The notes below the pieces were generated by a model that was given only the letters and a program-made list of their open reading frames with translations, was not told the DNA's origin and made no database searches. Position numbers and translations under genes: made by a program. Positions 44,281-57,497 of a DNA stretch of 64,000 nucleotides are shown here, piece after piece; position 1 is the first letter of the stretch; the number at the start of each line of letters is the position of its first letter. Origin of the DNA: Octopus bimaculoides (taxonomy: Eukaryota); the NCBI RefSeq assembly GCF_001194135.2, contig NC_069006.1, positions 24,883,550 through 24,947,549 of the forward strand, read 5' to 3'.

Positions 44281-46187
44281 TTTATGAGCCTTTTGAAAAG
44301 CTCATAAAATAGATCCTTTACTTGAAAAACAGACTGGGATTAACAATAGGAAAAGCATTCAACCATAAAACAATGCCTCAATAAAATATTCCTCAAACCC
44401 AACTTTTTTTCCTGCATATTAGATTCCAATACAATCATAATCTGTACATTCTGAAAGGTATTTGTAGAAAGTTTCATTAAAAAATTACCCATTTTTCAGG
44501 AAGTTATGAGGAAACAAAGCAAACACGTGAGAAATCTCTAAAACTCCTTCCCCCACCCCATGAAAATTTTTTCTCTCAACAAATTCCGATATAATTGGAT
44601 TCTACACCATCTGAAGCATCTTTGTAGAAAATTTCACTAGAAAAAAAATATCTATTTTCCTGCAAGGTATGAGGAAACAAATTCATCTCTGCATTCCACT
44701 GCCATGTGCACTTAATATAATTGTCAGGCAGAATCGATGTGACACAGAATGTCTCTTTTGGATTACGTATGGGTAGGAGATGCCTATACAGTGGACTGCA
44801 GTGATCCACAAGGAAGAGAATATAAATAGCTAATGAGGTGGGTGGGGGGGTCGAATTCAAAGTGAAAGAGGAAGGCCAACCCTACACAGAATCATTTATA
44901 AACTATTCTAACCTTGAAAACACGAAACAAACAAACAAGCAATGAATGTAGGTCACATTTATTTCATTGCTGTATTAAGAGTGGTGGATTAGTGAAATTA
45001 TCAGAGCATGTGGTAAAATAAGACCTGGTATTTGTTTTGGGTCTCTACATTCTGATTTCAAATACCGTCAAGGTCAACTGCACACCTCTTCTGTCGGGGG
45101 AGGGGTGAAATACAGTACCAATTGAGTACTTGGCGGGNNNNNNNNNNGGGTCAATGTAATCCACTTGGTCTCTCCTGTTAAAATTTTGAGCATTGTGCCT
45201 CCATTGCCCTTTTATTCCCATGAAGGGAATAATACTACTGTTGTTTAGACCTTGTTTATTCCCTTCATGGGACTGTCACATTAAGTTGACAGCATACAAC
45301 TACTTCAACGTATTACTACTGCATAAATCTCTCTGAGAGATTTAGAAATGCATTATTTCTAAAATTTGAAATCAGTGAATGCATTTCACTAGAATTATTA
45401 TATGTTTACAAGAGCTTGACAAGCATCTTCAACTAGCAAGTCATGCTACTCCAGACTGATGACGAGCAAAGACTCAGAAATATGTCTCTGGATGCAGGCT
45501 TAGCTAAGTGGAGGTGCTTGTCTCCCCCCTTGTAAACATAAGGACACAGGAAATGTGTCAAGGCCGACAGGAATGGGATGAGTCGATTACATCAACCCAG
45601 TGTTCAACTGGTACTTATTTTATTGATCCCTAAAGAATGAAAAGCAAAAGTGGCCTTGACGGAATTTGAACCCAGAACATAAAAAGCCAGAAGGAATGCG
45701 ACTAAACATCTTGTCTGGCATGCTAATGATTCTGCCAGCTTGTTGCCTTAATTAATAATTACTTCTAATTTTCCCTTATAATTGTTTCTAATAATTTGGA
45801 CGAGACACAGAAACTAAACAAAAACCTTCTCCGATTCTAGGAGTGGTGAAAATTTAAAAACCTAGACACTTGTATCGTTGCCATTAACGTGTTAGCTTCA
45901 TTATCAGATGTGGTAAGGCTTGAACCAGGAACTGAAAGCACATGTCACAGGATGCTAAACTCATACAGGAGTCAGCTTACCACATCACTGAAAATAGAAC
46001 AGCTGGCCAACTTATTTATTCAGAGGTCAGAGTGCATTCAGCTGCAAATACGCACATTGATGTGCACACGTTTCCAGCAGGCCAGATTGTTGGTTCTGTG
46101 AAGGAAATTGGAGTAGCGGTTAGGGTGTTGCACTCAAGATTACAAGATGGGGGGAGGGACAAACAGACGCACAGATATATACATACA

Positions 46188-46226
<39 letters not shown>

Positions 46227-46488
46227 ATAAATAAATACAACGGGCTTCTTTCAGTTTCCATCTACCAAATCTACTCACAAGGCTTTGGTCAGCTCAAGGC
46301 AATAGTAAAAGACATTTGCCCAAGGTGCCATGCAGTGACTGAACCTGGAACCATGTGGTTGGGAAGCAAGCTACTTACCACACAGCCACTCCTGCACCTA
46401 TCATGTAACACATCCAAAAAAAAAGAAAAAGAAAATCCCTCACTTATCTTTTATGAAATAAGCAGCAAACACACGTCTACACGTGAGC

Positions 46489-46531
<43 letters not shown>

Positions 46532-49500
46532 TAGCTTATTGCATGAAGGAGATACACACACAGACACACACACGTGTGAGTTAATGTATGTTATCTGACA
46601 TTGATCAAGTGAAATAAGAAGCTTTGATTACAGAGAGAAGTATTTTTCTGTTTTCACTTTCTGCACCTTTACCCCCCCCCCCCCATCCACCACCATCTCC
46701 CTGGACAGCAAACAAAACAGAAATCAACTATCTGCTAATCACTGTGGTTGTTTAGCCCAAGGTAAGTCCTGGTTGAGCAGACATATGATCATAGACGTTC
46801 CAGCAATAACCATCCTNNNNNNNNNNNNNNNNNNNNNNNNNNNNNNNNNNNNNNNNNNNNNNNNNNNNNNNNNNNNNNNNNNNNNNNNNNNNNNNNNNNN
46901 NNNNNNNNNNNNNNNNNNNNNNNNNNNNNNNNNNNNNNNNNNNNNNNNNNNNNNNNNNNNNNNNNNNNNNNNNNNNNNNNNNNNNNNNNNNNNNNNNNNN
47001 NNNNNNNNNNNNNNNNNNNNNNNNNNNNNNNNNNNNNNNNNNNNNNNNNNNNNNNNNNNNNNNNNNNNNNNNNNNNNNNNNNNNNNNNNNNNNNNNNNNN
47101 NNNNNNNNNNNNNNNNNNNNNNNNNNNNNNNNNNNNNNNNNNNNNNNNNNNNNNNNNNNNNNNNNNNNNNNNNNNNNNNNNNNNNNNNNNNNNNNNNNNN
47201 NNNNNNNNNNNNNNNNNNNNNNNNNNNNNNNNNNNNNNNNAGTTGCAGGTATTGTATAGATGGCAGGTGGTGGGGAGGGAGAGGGAGTGGAATCAGGGAG
47301 TTGAGATGACTAGAGGTTTTGAGGGAGAAGACAGGTGATGGTGAGCGGTTAAAAGAGAGAAGTTATTTACATCCGGATTAATCCTGAGATCAAACAGACC
47401 TCTAATCAAAGATGCTCCAGCTGTGACCATCCAGTCTTTATTTCAGGCACAATCTATCAAGGACTTCATTTTTTTCTTTTGTCTTTTTCTTTAGAGCAGT
47501 GGGATGTAATCCCAACGAAGAATCGATCGTTCTTTATCGCAAAACAAGTGACTATGTAGAGGCCCAAATATTCCACCTGTTTTATGATCAAACTGACCAC
47601 ATCTGTCTTCTCACACCTACCCTGCAATGTCATTCTAAAAATAAACAATCAAATCATTGAAATCTCAAAGTTATGAGATAATGCATGACTAATTCAAAAC
47701 AATATGAATAAACAAGCATTACATTTGATCAAGTAATCAGGATAGGAAAGGGCTAAAACCATGCCCCCCACTGCTACAGGTGATTAACCACATGGAAGAC
47801 CATAAAGCCAAAATATCAGGCCTGCAGTTTGTGCTCCTAATATTTGCTCAGTTACTATTGTGGCCTAGGTCAGCTCCAGGGACCGTTACGCCACTTCGTC
47901 TCTACCGATTCCAATATATTACTGGCCACACTCTCTTGAACTTATCAAATCTACTTTTAAAGTGCTGCCGACCCCTTCGTGTTCCACACAGAATCAAACT
48001 GGAAAACGGTCGTAAAATTCTGAGTGGAGAAAATTCAAACGTGATCAAAACATTAGTCACAGAAGTTCTCACTAAGTTTATTTCTCATAGAATACAACAG
48101 CTTGTAGAACTCAAGAAGAGCCGAAATCAATATATGCTAAACGCTGATATGTCAGACAGGGCTCTTGCTAGCTTGTCATGTTAGCTTCTGCGTAGTTTTA
48201 AAAAAAAAAGAGAGAGAGAGAGAGGAAAACAGACCACACCTACATATATGAACACGGAGCTATCTGGGACACAATGTACTGTCTTGTATAGGTGGTTGTG
48301 GCTGTGGTGGTGGTTGTTAGCTACCACCAATACCACCAGTTAGGTGGTGGCTGTTTAGAGCCGTCAAGCTGACATCATCGATATTTGGTGATGTACAAGA
48401 ATCTGGGAAAATATCAGAATAAAAAGGAGAGGACGGGAAGAGGGACAGGAGGTGGACAGCTCAAAAATTTATTCATGACACACAAGAGAATATGAGAAGA
48501 ATTCTAATGAGGAAGAAGCATTTCAATTTGAAAAGCAAGAGTTTCAAAAGATCTGAGGTAGCCAGGGTTAGTGTGTGTGTACGTACACATATATCATTAT
48601 CATAATTTAGTATCCATTTTTCCATGCTAGCATGGGTTGGAAAGTTTGACAGAAGGTGTCCAGCTCAAGGCCTCTCCAGGCTCTGTGTCTGTTTTGGTTT
48701 CTACAGTTGGATACCTTTCCCAATGCCAACCTCATTAGATGGTACTAGGTACTTTCTACGTGGCACCGACATGGGAACTTTTACAAGGCACCGCAATGGG
48801 CTTTTATGTGGTATTGACATGGAGGGCTTCTAGCATGGAAGCTGTTTTTTGTGGCACTGGCACTGTGGCTTCTATATCCTTTTATACTATACTTGAGTTG
48901 GATCTACAGTTTGTATTGAATCCAGTACCTTTGTGTACATCTACATTTCTTTACGTGTACTCGTCCATTCCTGGACCAAGCTGTGTGTTGTGTTCTTGAG
49001 CAAAGCACTTCATTTCACATTGCTCCAGTCCACTCAGTTTGTAAAAAAGAGTAATCCTGCAAACAGACTGGCATCCCATCCAGGGAGGAATATATATGCC
49101 AGAGAAACCGAGAAAATGGTCCTATGGTCTTTACAGAGTAATGAGGACTAACCATGCATAAAAATAATGAAGAATGCATTAAAGAAACTTTATCCATTAT
49201 TGAAGTTGGTGCTTGGAATTTCAATTAACATGAAAATTTGAGGGGAGATTTTAATATAGAACAATTTCAAACAGAAAGAACCAAGAATGGTCTCAGAGTG
49301 AGACCATAACTGGCCATATGTTAGATCTGACCAGTTAGACCAAAAAACTGGTAGAATACTTGGGCCAGTAATAGTGATTCAACCCTTTAGCATTAAAATT
49401 ACTGTCAGATGTAATGCTTATTTATCCACATGGTTTTGAATTAATTATGGATTATCTTGTAGATTTGAGACTTCCATAATGTGATTGTATTTGATATTTA

Positions 49501-49844
49501 TATAGTTTCTTACAGCTGATGGTCCTTGAGGACATAAGTGTGTGCATGTGTTTGTATCCTTTAGTTGTTATTTTAGCCACGCGAACAAACCATCTGGTTG
49601 CTCAAAGGTTCAAAGTGCAAAGACTAGTGGACTGAAGTACTTCACTTGAAAACAAGGGTTGGCACCAGGAAGTGTATCCAGCTGTAGAATACAGCCTTGA
49701 CAATCCTCAAACCTGGCCGAAATCGAAAAAGTCCATGTAAGAAAATACCAATGACACAAATGGTAAAATAAATAAATAAATAAAGACTAAATTAGAATCG
49801 GTACAAGGTTCTACATTTGGACAGAAATCAATAGTGGGAGACTG

Positions 49845-50168
49845 AAAAGATGTGTAGCTTAGTGGTTAGAGTATTTGGCACATGATTGTAAGATCCATGA
49901 GTTTAATTCCCAACAGCATGTTGTATCCTTGAGCAAGACACTTTATTTCTTGTTGTTCCAGTCCACTCAGCTAGCTAAAGTGAGTTGTACTTGTAGTTCA
50001 AAGGGCCAGCCTTGTCATGTTCCATCTCACGCTGAATCTCCCTGATAACTACATTAAGGGTACGCATGCCTATGGAGTACTCAACCACTTGCATGCTAAT
50101 TTCATGACAAGGCTGTTCTGTTAATGGGATCAACTGGAACAATTGTTGCCATAACCGATGGAGTGCCA
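49845..50168 (+). mobile_element. tRNA-derived SINE family D with long conserved body, representative copy
   Basis: tagcttagtggttaga..ccttgagcaagacactttattt..ccagtccactcagct..aagggccagccttg..gatcaactggaac..ccgatggagtgcc. Related copies approx.: 940-1255-, 21165-21340+, 31815-32110+, 48960-49110+, 58245-58400+, 58960-59170-, 62380-62520+. Confidence 0.75.
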
Positions 50169-50185
50169 ATTACAAGTCATCTAGA

Positions 50186-50345
50186 TACATTATTTACATT
50201 TGATGGATATTTGTCCTCATCTTGTTTGTTGTTAACACAACATTTCGGCTGATATACCCTCCAGCCTTCATCAGGTGTCTTGGGGGAAATTTTGAAATAC
50301 CCGACAAATGTAAATAATGTACATAATTCCTCGTCTCTCAAATAT
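50186..50345 (-). mobile_element. Penelope-like element terminal fragment carrying a hammerhead motif
   Basis: Minus strand CTGATGAAGGCTG..CAGCCGAAA motif, flanked by a perfect 17-nt inverted repeat (50186-50202 / 50305-50321). Confidence 0.5.
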
Positions 50346-52324
50346 GAAACTGCAAGCCATCTAGGGTTTGAAACATTAGCTCAATTGGTGAAGGTTGTAC
50401 TGGGTGATGGTGCCATGTGAAAAGCACCCAGTACACTCTGTAAAGAGGTTGGCATTAGGAAGGACATCCAGTTGTAGAAACCATGCTGAAACACACAATG
50501 GAATCTGGTGTGGTCCCTGGCTTTATCAGCTCCTGTCAAACCATCCAACCCATGCCAGCATGGAAAACACACACTAAATAATAATGGTGATGATGAAGAT
50601 TCTTCTGGTGTCAGAAATGGCATGTCAGCTCCTTCATACACTTGTCCTCGTTAACATTACAAATGAAGAAAAAGGGGTTAAGAAAATAAGCCATTTGACA
50701 ATTAAGATTATTTTTTTTTTTTTTGTTTATGTCACTTTGTTTTAAGCCAAGGAAAGACAGATTCAGCCCCCACCCCCCACAGAACCCTTCAGTTTTGATA
50801 GAAAAATGACAGTAATGTTTCCGACATAATTGACTTGAGTTACTTTGAGGAGAAGCAGCCCCACCGGCTCTCCTCCTCCACACACACACACACACACCAT
50901 ATGTTCGCTCACAGGGATGATATATATGTCAAAGATACCAAAATTGCTCTGATACCATTTTTAGATATTCAAAAGCTTGAAGGAATTATCTCACCTTAAA
51001 AGATATTATCATTATTAGTAACAGTTTTTCTTACTTTTTCCCCCCTTTTTTTTCTTTCATTTCTGCCATTTAAAAAACAACAACTTATGTCTGATTTATT
51101 TAATTAAAGACAAACAGCGGAACAAACGGGGGGAAAAAAACGCAGGTTCATTCCTAAGATCCCTCTTCTCTCTAAACTATTAACCTGTGTGTCAAAACCG
51201 TTTCCTGACCTTTATCACTGTCTCCCACACCACTGTTCATACTGTCCACCACACCCACTAACCATTATTATTACTATCATTATCATTTATTCCTTACTTG
51301 TTCCAGTCATTACACTGTGGCCATGCTGGGGCACTGCCTTGAAGAATTTTTTAGTCAAACTAACCCCAATGCTTATTTTTTCTAAGCCTGATACTTATTT
51401 TATAAGCCATACATGCACACACACACAAATATATACACATACATGTACACTCACATGTGTACACACACACACACACGTACACTCATATATACACATGCAC
51501 ACACATGCATACACACATACACACTCACTTGTACACACATACATATACGCATGTACGCATATACACACACATGCATACACACAACAGAAAATAGTTCACT
51601 GATTGATAACATTGCCCTCAACATGATGGAAACATGGGAAAGGTCCATACACTTTACTATTTATTACATGGTGGGGAGGGAAGCAAAATAAAATAAAAAC
51701 TCCTCTTCTATGTAAAGAGGAAATCATTACGATTGTAGCAGCTTATGCAAGTTGGTGGCCATCAGAGATATATATCAGCGAAATAACTACTGCAAGGCTA
51801 GCAAAAATGATCGATCAGTCCATGTAAGAAAGAATGCAGAGAAAACAAACAGCAACATTATTATGTAAGAATACAAGTGAATTAAAGAGTGTTGCAAACT
51901 AATACACTTGGAGGTTGCAGTGAGTTAATTGCTAATCATAGCAGCATGGATGTATGAAGATTTGGTGTGGGGGGNNNNNNNNNNNNNNNNNNNNNNNNNN
52001 NNGGGGGGGGTCCCACACTGTATTTTATTTACTCTTTCACATGCTTCAGTTCATTTGACTGTGACCATGCTGGAGCACCGCCTTTAGTCGAACAAAATTG
52101 ACCACAGGACTTATTCTTTGGAAGCCTATCGGTCTCTTTTGCCAAACTGCTAAATTTTGGGGATGTAAACACACCAACATCAGTTGTCAAGTAACGGTGG
52201 TGGGGACAAACAGACAAAAAAAGACACACATACATAAATATATATAATCAGCCCACTCAAAGGTACCTTGGATTGTAGGGTGACATGCTGTGCCTGAAGA
52301 AACCTATTGAGTTAGGTACATCAA

Positions 52325-52555
52325 AAGCAAAATCAAATGGAAATTGTAGCTGTGATCCCCATGCCGGTGGCACATAAAAAAGCACCCACTACACTCTCGG
52401 GGTGGTTGGCGTTAGGAAGGGCATCCAGCTGTAGAAACATTGCTAGATCAGACTGGAGCCTGGTGCAACCTCCTGGCTTCCCTGACCCCAGTCGAACCGT
52501 CCAACCCATGCTAGCATGGAAAGCAGACATTAAACAATGATGATGATGATGATAC
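52325..52555 (+). mobile_element. SINE/LINE-tail family C ending in (GAT)n, representative copy
   Basis: tggcacataaaaagcacccactacactctcg..ttaggaagggcatccagctgtagaaa..aacccatgctagcatggaaagc..ttaaac(gat)n. Related copies approx.: 16255-16455+, 19890-20040-, 24240-24340+, 33315-33500-, 35270-35470-, 38890-39050+, 40110-40390+, 48600-48790-, 50400-50600+, 59955-60212+. Confidence 0.75.
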
Positions 52556-54219
52556 ATGACGGGCTTCTTTCAGCTTGCATCTACCAAATTCACGTTGGCT
52601 GGCCCAAGACTATAGAGGCTATAGTAAAAGACACTTGACCAAGGTGCCATGCAGTGGGACTGAACCCAGAACCATGTGGTTGGGAAGCAAGCCACACCTG
52701 TGCCTTCATTATTTTCAAAACTAACCGAAACAATGGTAATATATTTCAGCCGAAATATAACAAAAGAATTAAAGTGAGCTCAATTAAAATCTCGCATCAG
52801 AATTTCATGTTAATTTATGTTCCAATTTGATAATGGCAAATTTATTTTGTTAAAACTCTTCATTAGTGTCAAAGTTAATTGAAACAAAAGACAGTATATT
52901 TCAACTGAAATATGGCAACTGAAAAGGTCAAAGTGATCTAACTTAAAATCTTTCAAAATTCCAAGTAAATTTATGTTCCAGACAGCAGATTAATTAATGT
53001 CAAATTATTTTGCTAAATTCTTCATTATTTTCAAAATTAATTTAAACAAAGGCAGTGTTATTTCAACAGAAGTATGGCAACAAAATGGTTAAAGTGATCT
53101 AAATTAAAACCCTCCAATTAAAATTTCATGTTAATTTGCATTCCAAACACCAGATTAATAAATAATGAAATTAATCTTACTGAATGCTTCATTATTTCTC
53201 CCAAATTAATTGAAACAAAAGCTGCATATTTTCAACAAAAATATGGTAACAAAAGCGTGAAACATATGATCTTTGGAGAAGCAATGAATAGAGGAACAAA
53301 TGTCAAGAAGATCCAAAAGTTCAGTTAGTGTCTTCTACTATGGCCCTGGGCCAACTAAAGCTTTGCAAGTGGATTTGGTAGAGAGAAACTGAAAGAAGCC
53401 CATCATCTATATATGAATACACACATACAAATGATTTTTTGGACAATAACTGACGAGACCAGAGCATGTCCATGTCTTGTCCATGAATTTTCTGTTCGTT
53501 CCTTAGTAATGCTTCTGTTTCGGAAATTGTGTCCTCCCCCCAACCTCACCATATGACAACCAGTGTTGTTTCGTTTACATCCCCATAACTTAGTTTCTGC
53601 AAAAGAGACTGATATAACAAGTAGCAGGCTTTATTGGGGTTGATTTGTTCAACTGAAATGCTTTAAGTTGGTGCTCCAGCATGGCTGCAGTCTGATGATT
53701 GACAAAAATAAAAGGTAAAAAGTGCAAATAGTCTTGATAATTAGAGCAACAACAACAAAATTTTCTTTTGTCCATTAACAAGTCGCCCACCAGACTTGTT
53801 TTCATCGGAGCTGGAAACAGGCAGCTACTATGGTAAACTTAGTAGGCAGGTACTGTGTAAGTACCAAGGGATGTACTTTTAAATAAGTCCTCATTAGTTT
53901 AAGGGGACACCAAGAGCAACAACGGGCTTTTATTTCAAAGCCATACAGCAGCATCAGCTCTCTCGCATGTGATCTGTTTAGCTAACCTTTTGTAGGTCAG
54001 TTGTAACTAGGTCAGTTTACAACCTGACACAGCCTACATGGGGCTTGGGGTCATTTTAGTACAGAATCTATACTCAGGTGTAAAGGGAGCAGAAACATCA
54101 GAGCCCATCAGTTCAGCCATTATGGCCCCCACTACCCTAGTGCACAGTCTTCAACACATGTAATTAAATCTGTGAAAAAGGTTATTGTTTGGTCTCTTTT
54201 ATTTGTGTCTTATAATTTA

Positions 54220-54255
<36 letters not shown>

Positions 54256-55617
54256 GACAGGATTCCTTCAGTTTCCATTTACCAGATCCACTCACAAGGC
54301 TTTGGTTGGCCCGAGACTATAGTAAAAGACACTTGCCCAAGGTGCCACGAAGTGGGACTGAACCTGGAACTATGTTTGTCCCCCATCGCTGCTTGACAAC
54401 TGGTACTGGCGTATTTACATCCCCGTAACTTAGCAGTTCAGCAAAAGAGACCGACAGACTAAGTACCAGGCTTAATAAAAAAAAGAGTAAAAACAGTTAA
54501 GTACTGGGTGGATTTGTTTAGCTAAACTTCTTTGAGGTGGTGCCCCAGCATGGCAGCAGTCTAATGACTGAAAAAAGATAAAAGATTAAACTGCTGTTTT
54601 GGGACATAAGAAAAAGATCTTACGTAAAATAATGATGGCAGAGTCAAAAAAGTAAAAAAACACAAAACAGAAACAGTTGACGGTAATTGACGTCATGTTC
54701 TTATCAATGTTGTCAATATCAGAGCAAAACCAATTACTACCGGTTTTCTCCAGATACAAATATAATTTTGATCTATATTACACAGTATTACATAGGTGCA
54801 GAAGGTATTGATGTATGGTTAAAAAGCTTGCTTCCTAACTAAGTGGTTTCAAGTGTCACCTGCCCACAGCACCACTGCAAGGTACCCTGGGCAAGTGTCT
54901 TCTATTCTAAGCTTGATCAATGTCTTGTGAGACACCATCTTCACAGTCATTGCTACAATGCATACCAGGTCCATGCCATCAGTAATTACTCAGGGTAGGC
55001 AGTTGGCGACCTTTATGTGTGGCCCCTGTCTTCTGCCAAGTCCAATGAAACCACCCAACTCATGATGCCAGCATGAAAAACAGACATTGAATGTTGATGA
55101 TGATGATGATGATACCTGTGTACAGAGAGAAGTCAATATGAAAGCAATCAGCCATGTAGCACATCATCTTTTCATTACCAACACCAGGTCAGTGTGAAGG
55201 TGTCTACCTCAGGTAAATCCCACAATTATCGAACTTGTCCCTACTTGTCCACCACATCTTATTGACAATACCTCACATAAACATAACAGATGAGAGACAG
55301 AAAGATTGCTTTTCTTTCTCCCTTATAAATAAATATACAAACATATACATACATACACACACACACATATATATATATACATACACACATATATGCACAT
55401 ACATATGCACATATATATGCACATGCACATGCATGTATATGAAAATACACATATGCACATGTATGCATACGCATATTGTTTCCATAACAGAAAGAAGTTT
55501 TAAAAAAATAATAAAAGCAAGCAAAATGTAAACAAAAGGTGAAAGATATCGAATCATGTTGCTGCTTGCTCAGCAATGACAGCTTTAACAACAACAGCAG
55601 CAGCCTGTTGTTTGCGG

Positions 55618-55666
<49 letters not shown>

Positions 55667-56297
55667 TCAAATAGGTCAACAATGCAAGGTTGATGCATGC
55701 TGTTATTTTGATCATTCCAAGCTACCTTTTATCATTTACTTGTTTCAGTCATCAAACTGTGGCCAAGCTGGGGCACCACTTTGAGGAATTTTGTTTTTTT
55801 AATCAAATCAGTTGAGCCCAGTAGTCTTGTTTTTTTAAAAAGCCTGGTACTTATACTGTTGGTCTCTTTTGCTGAACCACTAAGTTACAGGGACATAAAC
55901 ACACCATTACCCGTTGTCAAGAGGTAGTGGGCTGACAAACACAGACAAAGACCACCCCTGCTATATATATAAATATATATAAGGCGTGGGTGTGTGGTAA
56001 GAAGCTTGCTACCCAACCACATTGCTCTGGGTTCAGTCCTACTGTGTGACACCTTGGAATGTGTCTTCCACTATAGACGGAAAGTGAAAAAAGCCCATTG
56101 TATATATGTGTGTGTCTGTGTTTGTCCCTCCCGCACCATCGCTTGACAACCGATGTTGGTGTGTTTATATCCCTGTAACTTAGCAGTTCAGCAAAAGAGA
56201 CTGATAGAATAAGTACTAGGCTTATAAGTACTGTGGCTGATTTCTTCAACTAAAGGCGGTGCTCCAACATGGCTGCAGTCAAATGACTGAAACAAGA

Positions 56298-56328
<31 letters not shown>

Positions 56329-57138
56329 CACACAGAGAGGCTTCTTTCAGTTTCCATCACAAGGCTAAAGTAGAAGATCCTTGCCCAAGGTTCCACACAG
56401 TGGGACTGAACCCAAAACCATGCAGTTGGGGAAGCAAGCTTTTTACCACACATCCACACCCACATCTACCTTTACTCTAATTCTCTAACATCTTTGAAGT
56501 TGCAACTGTTTTTATCTCACCATATTATCTCATTTATTAAAAAAAAAAAAAGAAAAACACAAGTGGCCAATAAGTGCTGATTTTCAGGATGACAGTTTTA
56601 ATTAATCTGGAGCCACTGATTGGAGTGGGGGAGTGGTGGTGGTGATGGTGGGGATGTCGGCACGTCATGCTGCACTTCACTACGAATAGTGAGGCTAACG
56701 AGATACTGTTTTAAAAACAAACTTCAGATTATCTCGAGAGAAATAAAAGTTTTTTTTTTTTTGCGAAGATGCCATCCAACATAAGAAACAATAATTAAGT
56801 CAGCACTAATATTAATGTACCAAACATTTAATGAGCTAATTTGAAATAATTATGCAGAGAAAACGAGGAAAAAAAACAACTTTAGCAATTCATCATTGTT
56901 TTAATGTCTACTTTTCTATCCTTGCATGGGTCAGATGGAATTTGTTGAGGCAGATTTTCCTTGGACAGATGCCCAACAATCAAGGTAATATTTCCTCAAG
57001 TCTGGACTTGCTTCTGTGGAGAAGTTGGTTAGAAAAGACAGCACCCGAGCGAAAGTGGTTGGGAAGCAAGCTTCTTGCCACTCAGCCACTCTGGCCACTG
57101 CCTTAAAAGAAAAGAAAAAAAAAACACAAATAGCTCCC

Positions 57139-57497
57139 GGAGTGGCTGAGTGGTAAGAAGCTTGCTTCCCAAGCATCTTGGTTTGGGTTTCAGTCCCACT
57201 GTGTGGCACCTTGGGCAAGTGTCTTCTACTTTAGATTTGGGTCAACCAAAGCCTTGCAAGTGGATTTAGTAGACTGAAACTGAAAGAAGCCCATCATATA
57301 TGTGTGTGTGTCCACCATTGCTTGACAACTGATGTCGGTGTGTTTACATCCCCATAATTAAAGTGGTTTGGCACAAGAGACCGATAGAATAAGTACCAGG
57401 CTTACAAAGAATAAGTTCTGGGGTCAATTTGTTAAACTAGAAGGTGGTGCTCCAGCATGGCCACAGTCAAATGACTGAAACAAGTAAAAGAATAAAT
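57139..57497 (+). mobile_element. tRNA-derived SINE family A, representative copy
   Basis: A-box tggctgagtgg, B-box-like ggtttcagtccc, body ggcaagtgtcttctact..ggaaactgaaagaagcccg, a microsatellite, then tail ..ccagcatggccgcagtcaaatgactgaaacaagtaaaaga. More than 25 full or partial copies by eye, approx.: 1-318-, 4340-4705-, 11830-12205+, 22425-22790-, 30900-31140-, 32605-32760+, 37630-37780+, 42646-42990+, 46150-46395-, 52020-52230-, 54255-54590, 55730-55940-, 55983-56297+, 58430-58740-, 62100-62280-, 63045-63495. Confidence 0.85.

Noticed and set aside
45889-46261. ORFs in unique sequence near 45.9-46.2 kb
   Set aside because: No homology recognised. The longest one runs into a SINE and microsatellite.
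47780-48184. 134-aa plus-strand ORF in moderately CpG-rich unique DNA, considered as the KSR first exon or promoter
   Set aside because: No KSR CA1 residues in any minus frame and no recognisable domain. Possibly an old transposon relic.
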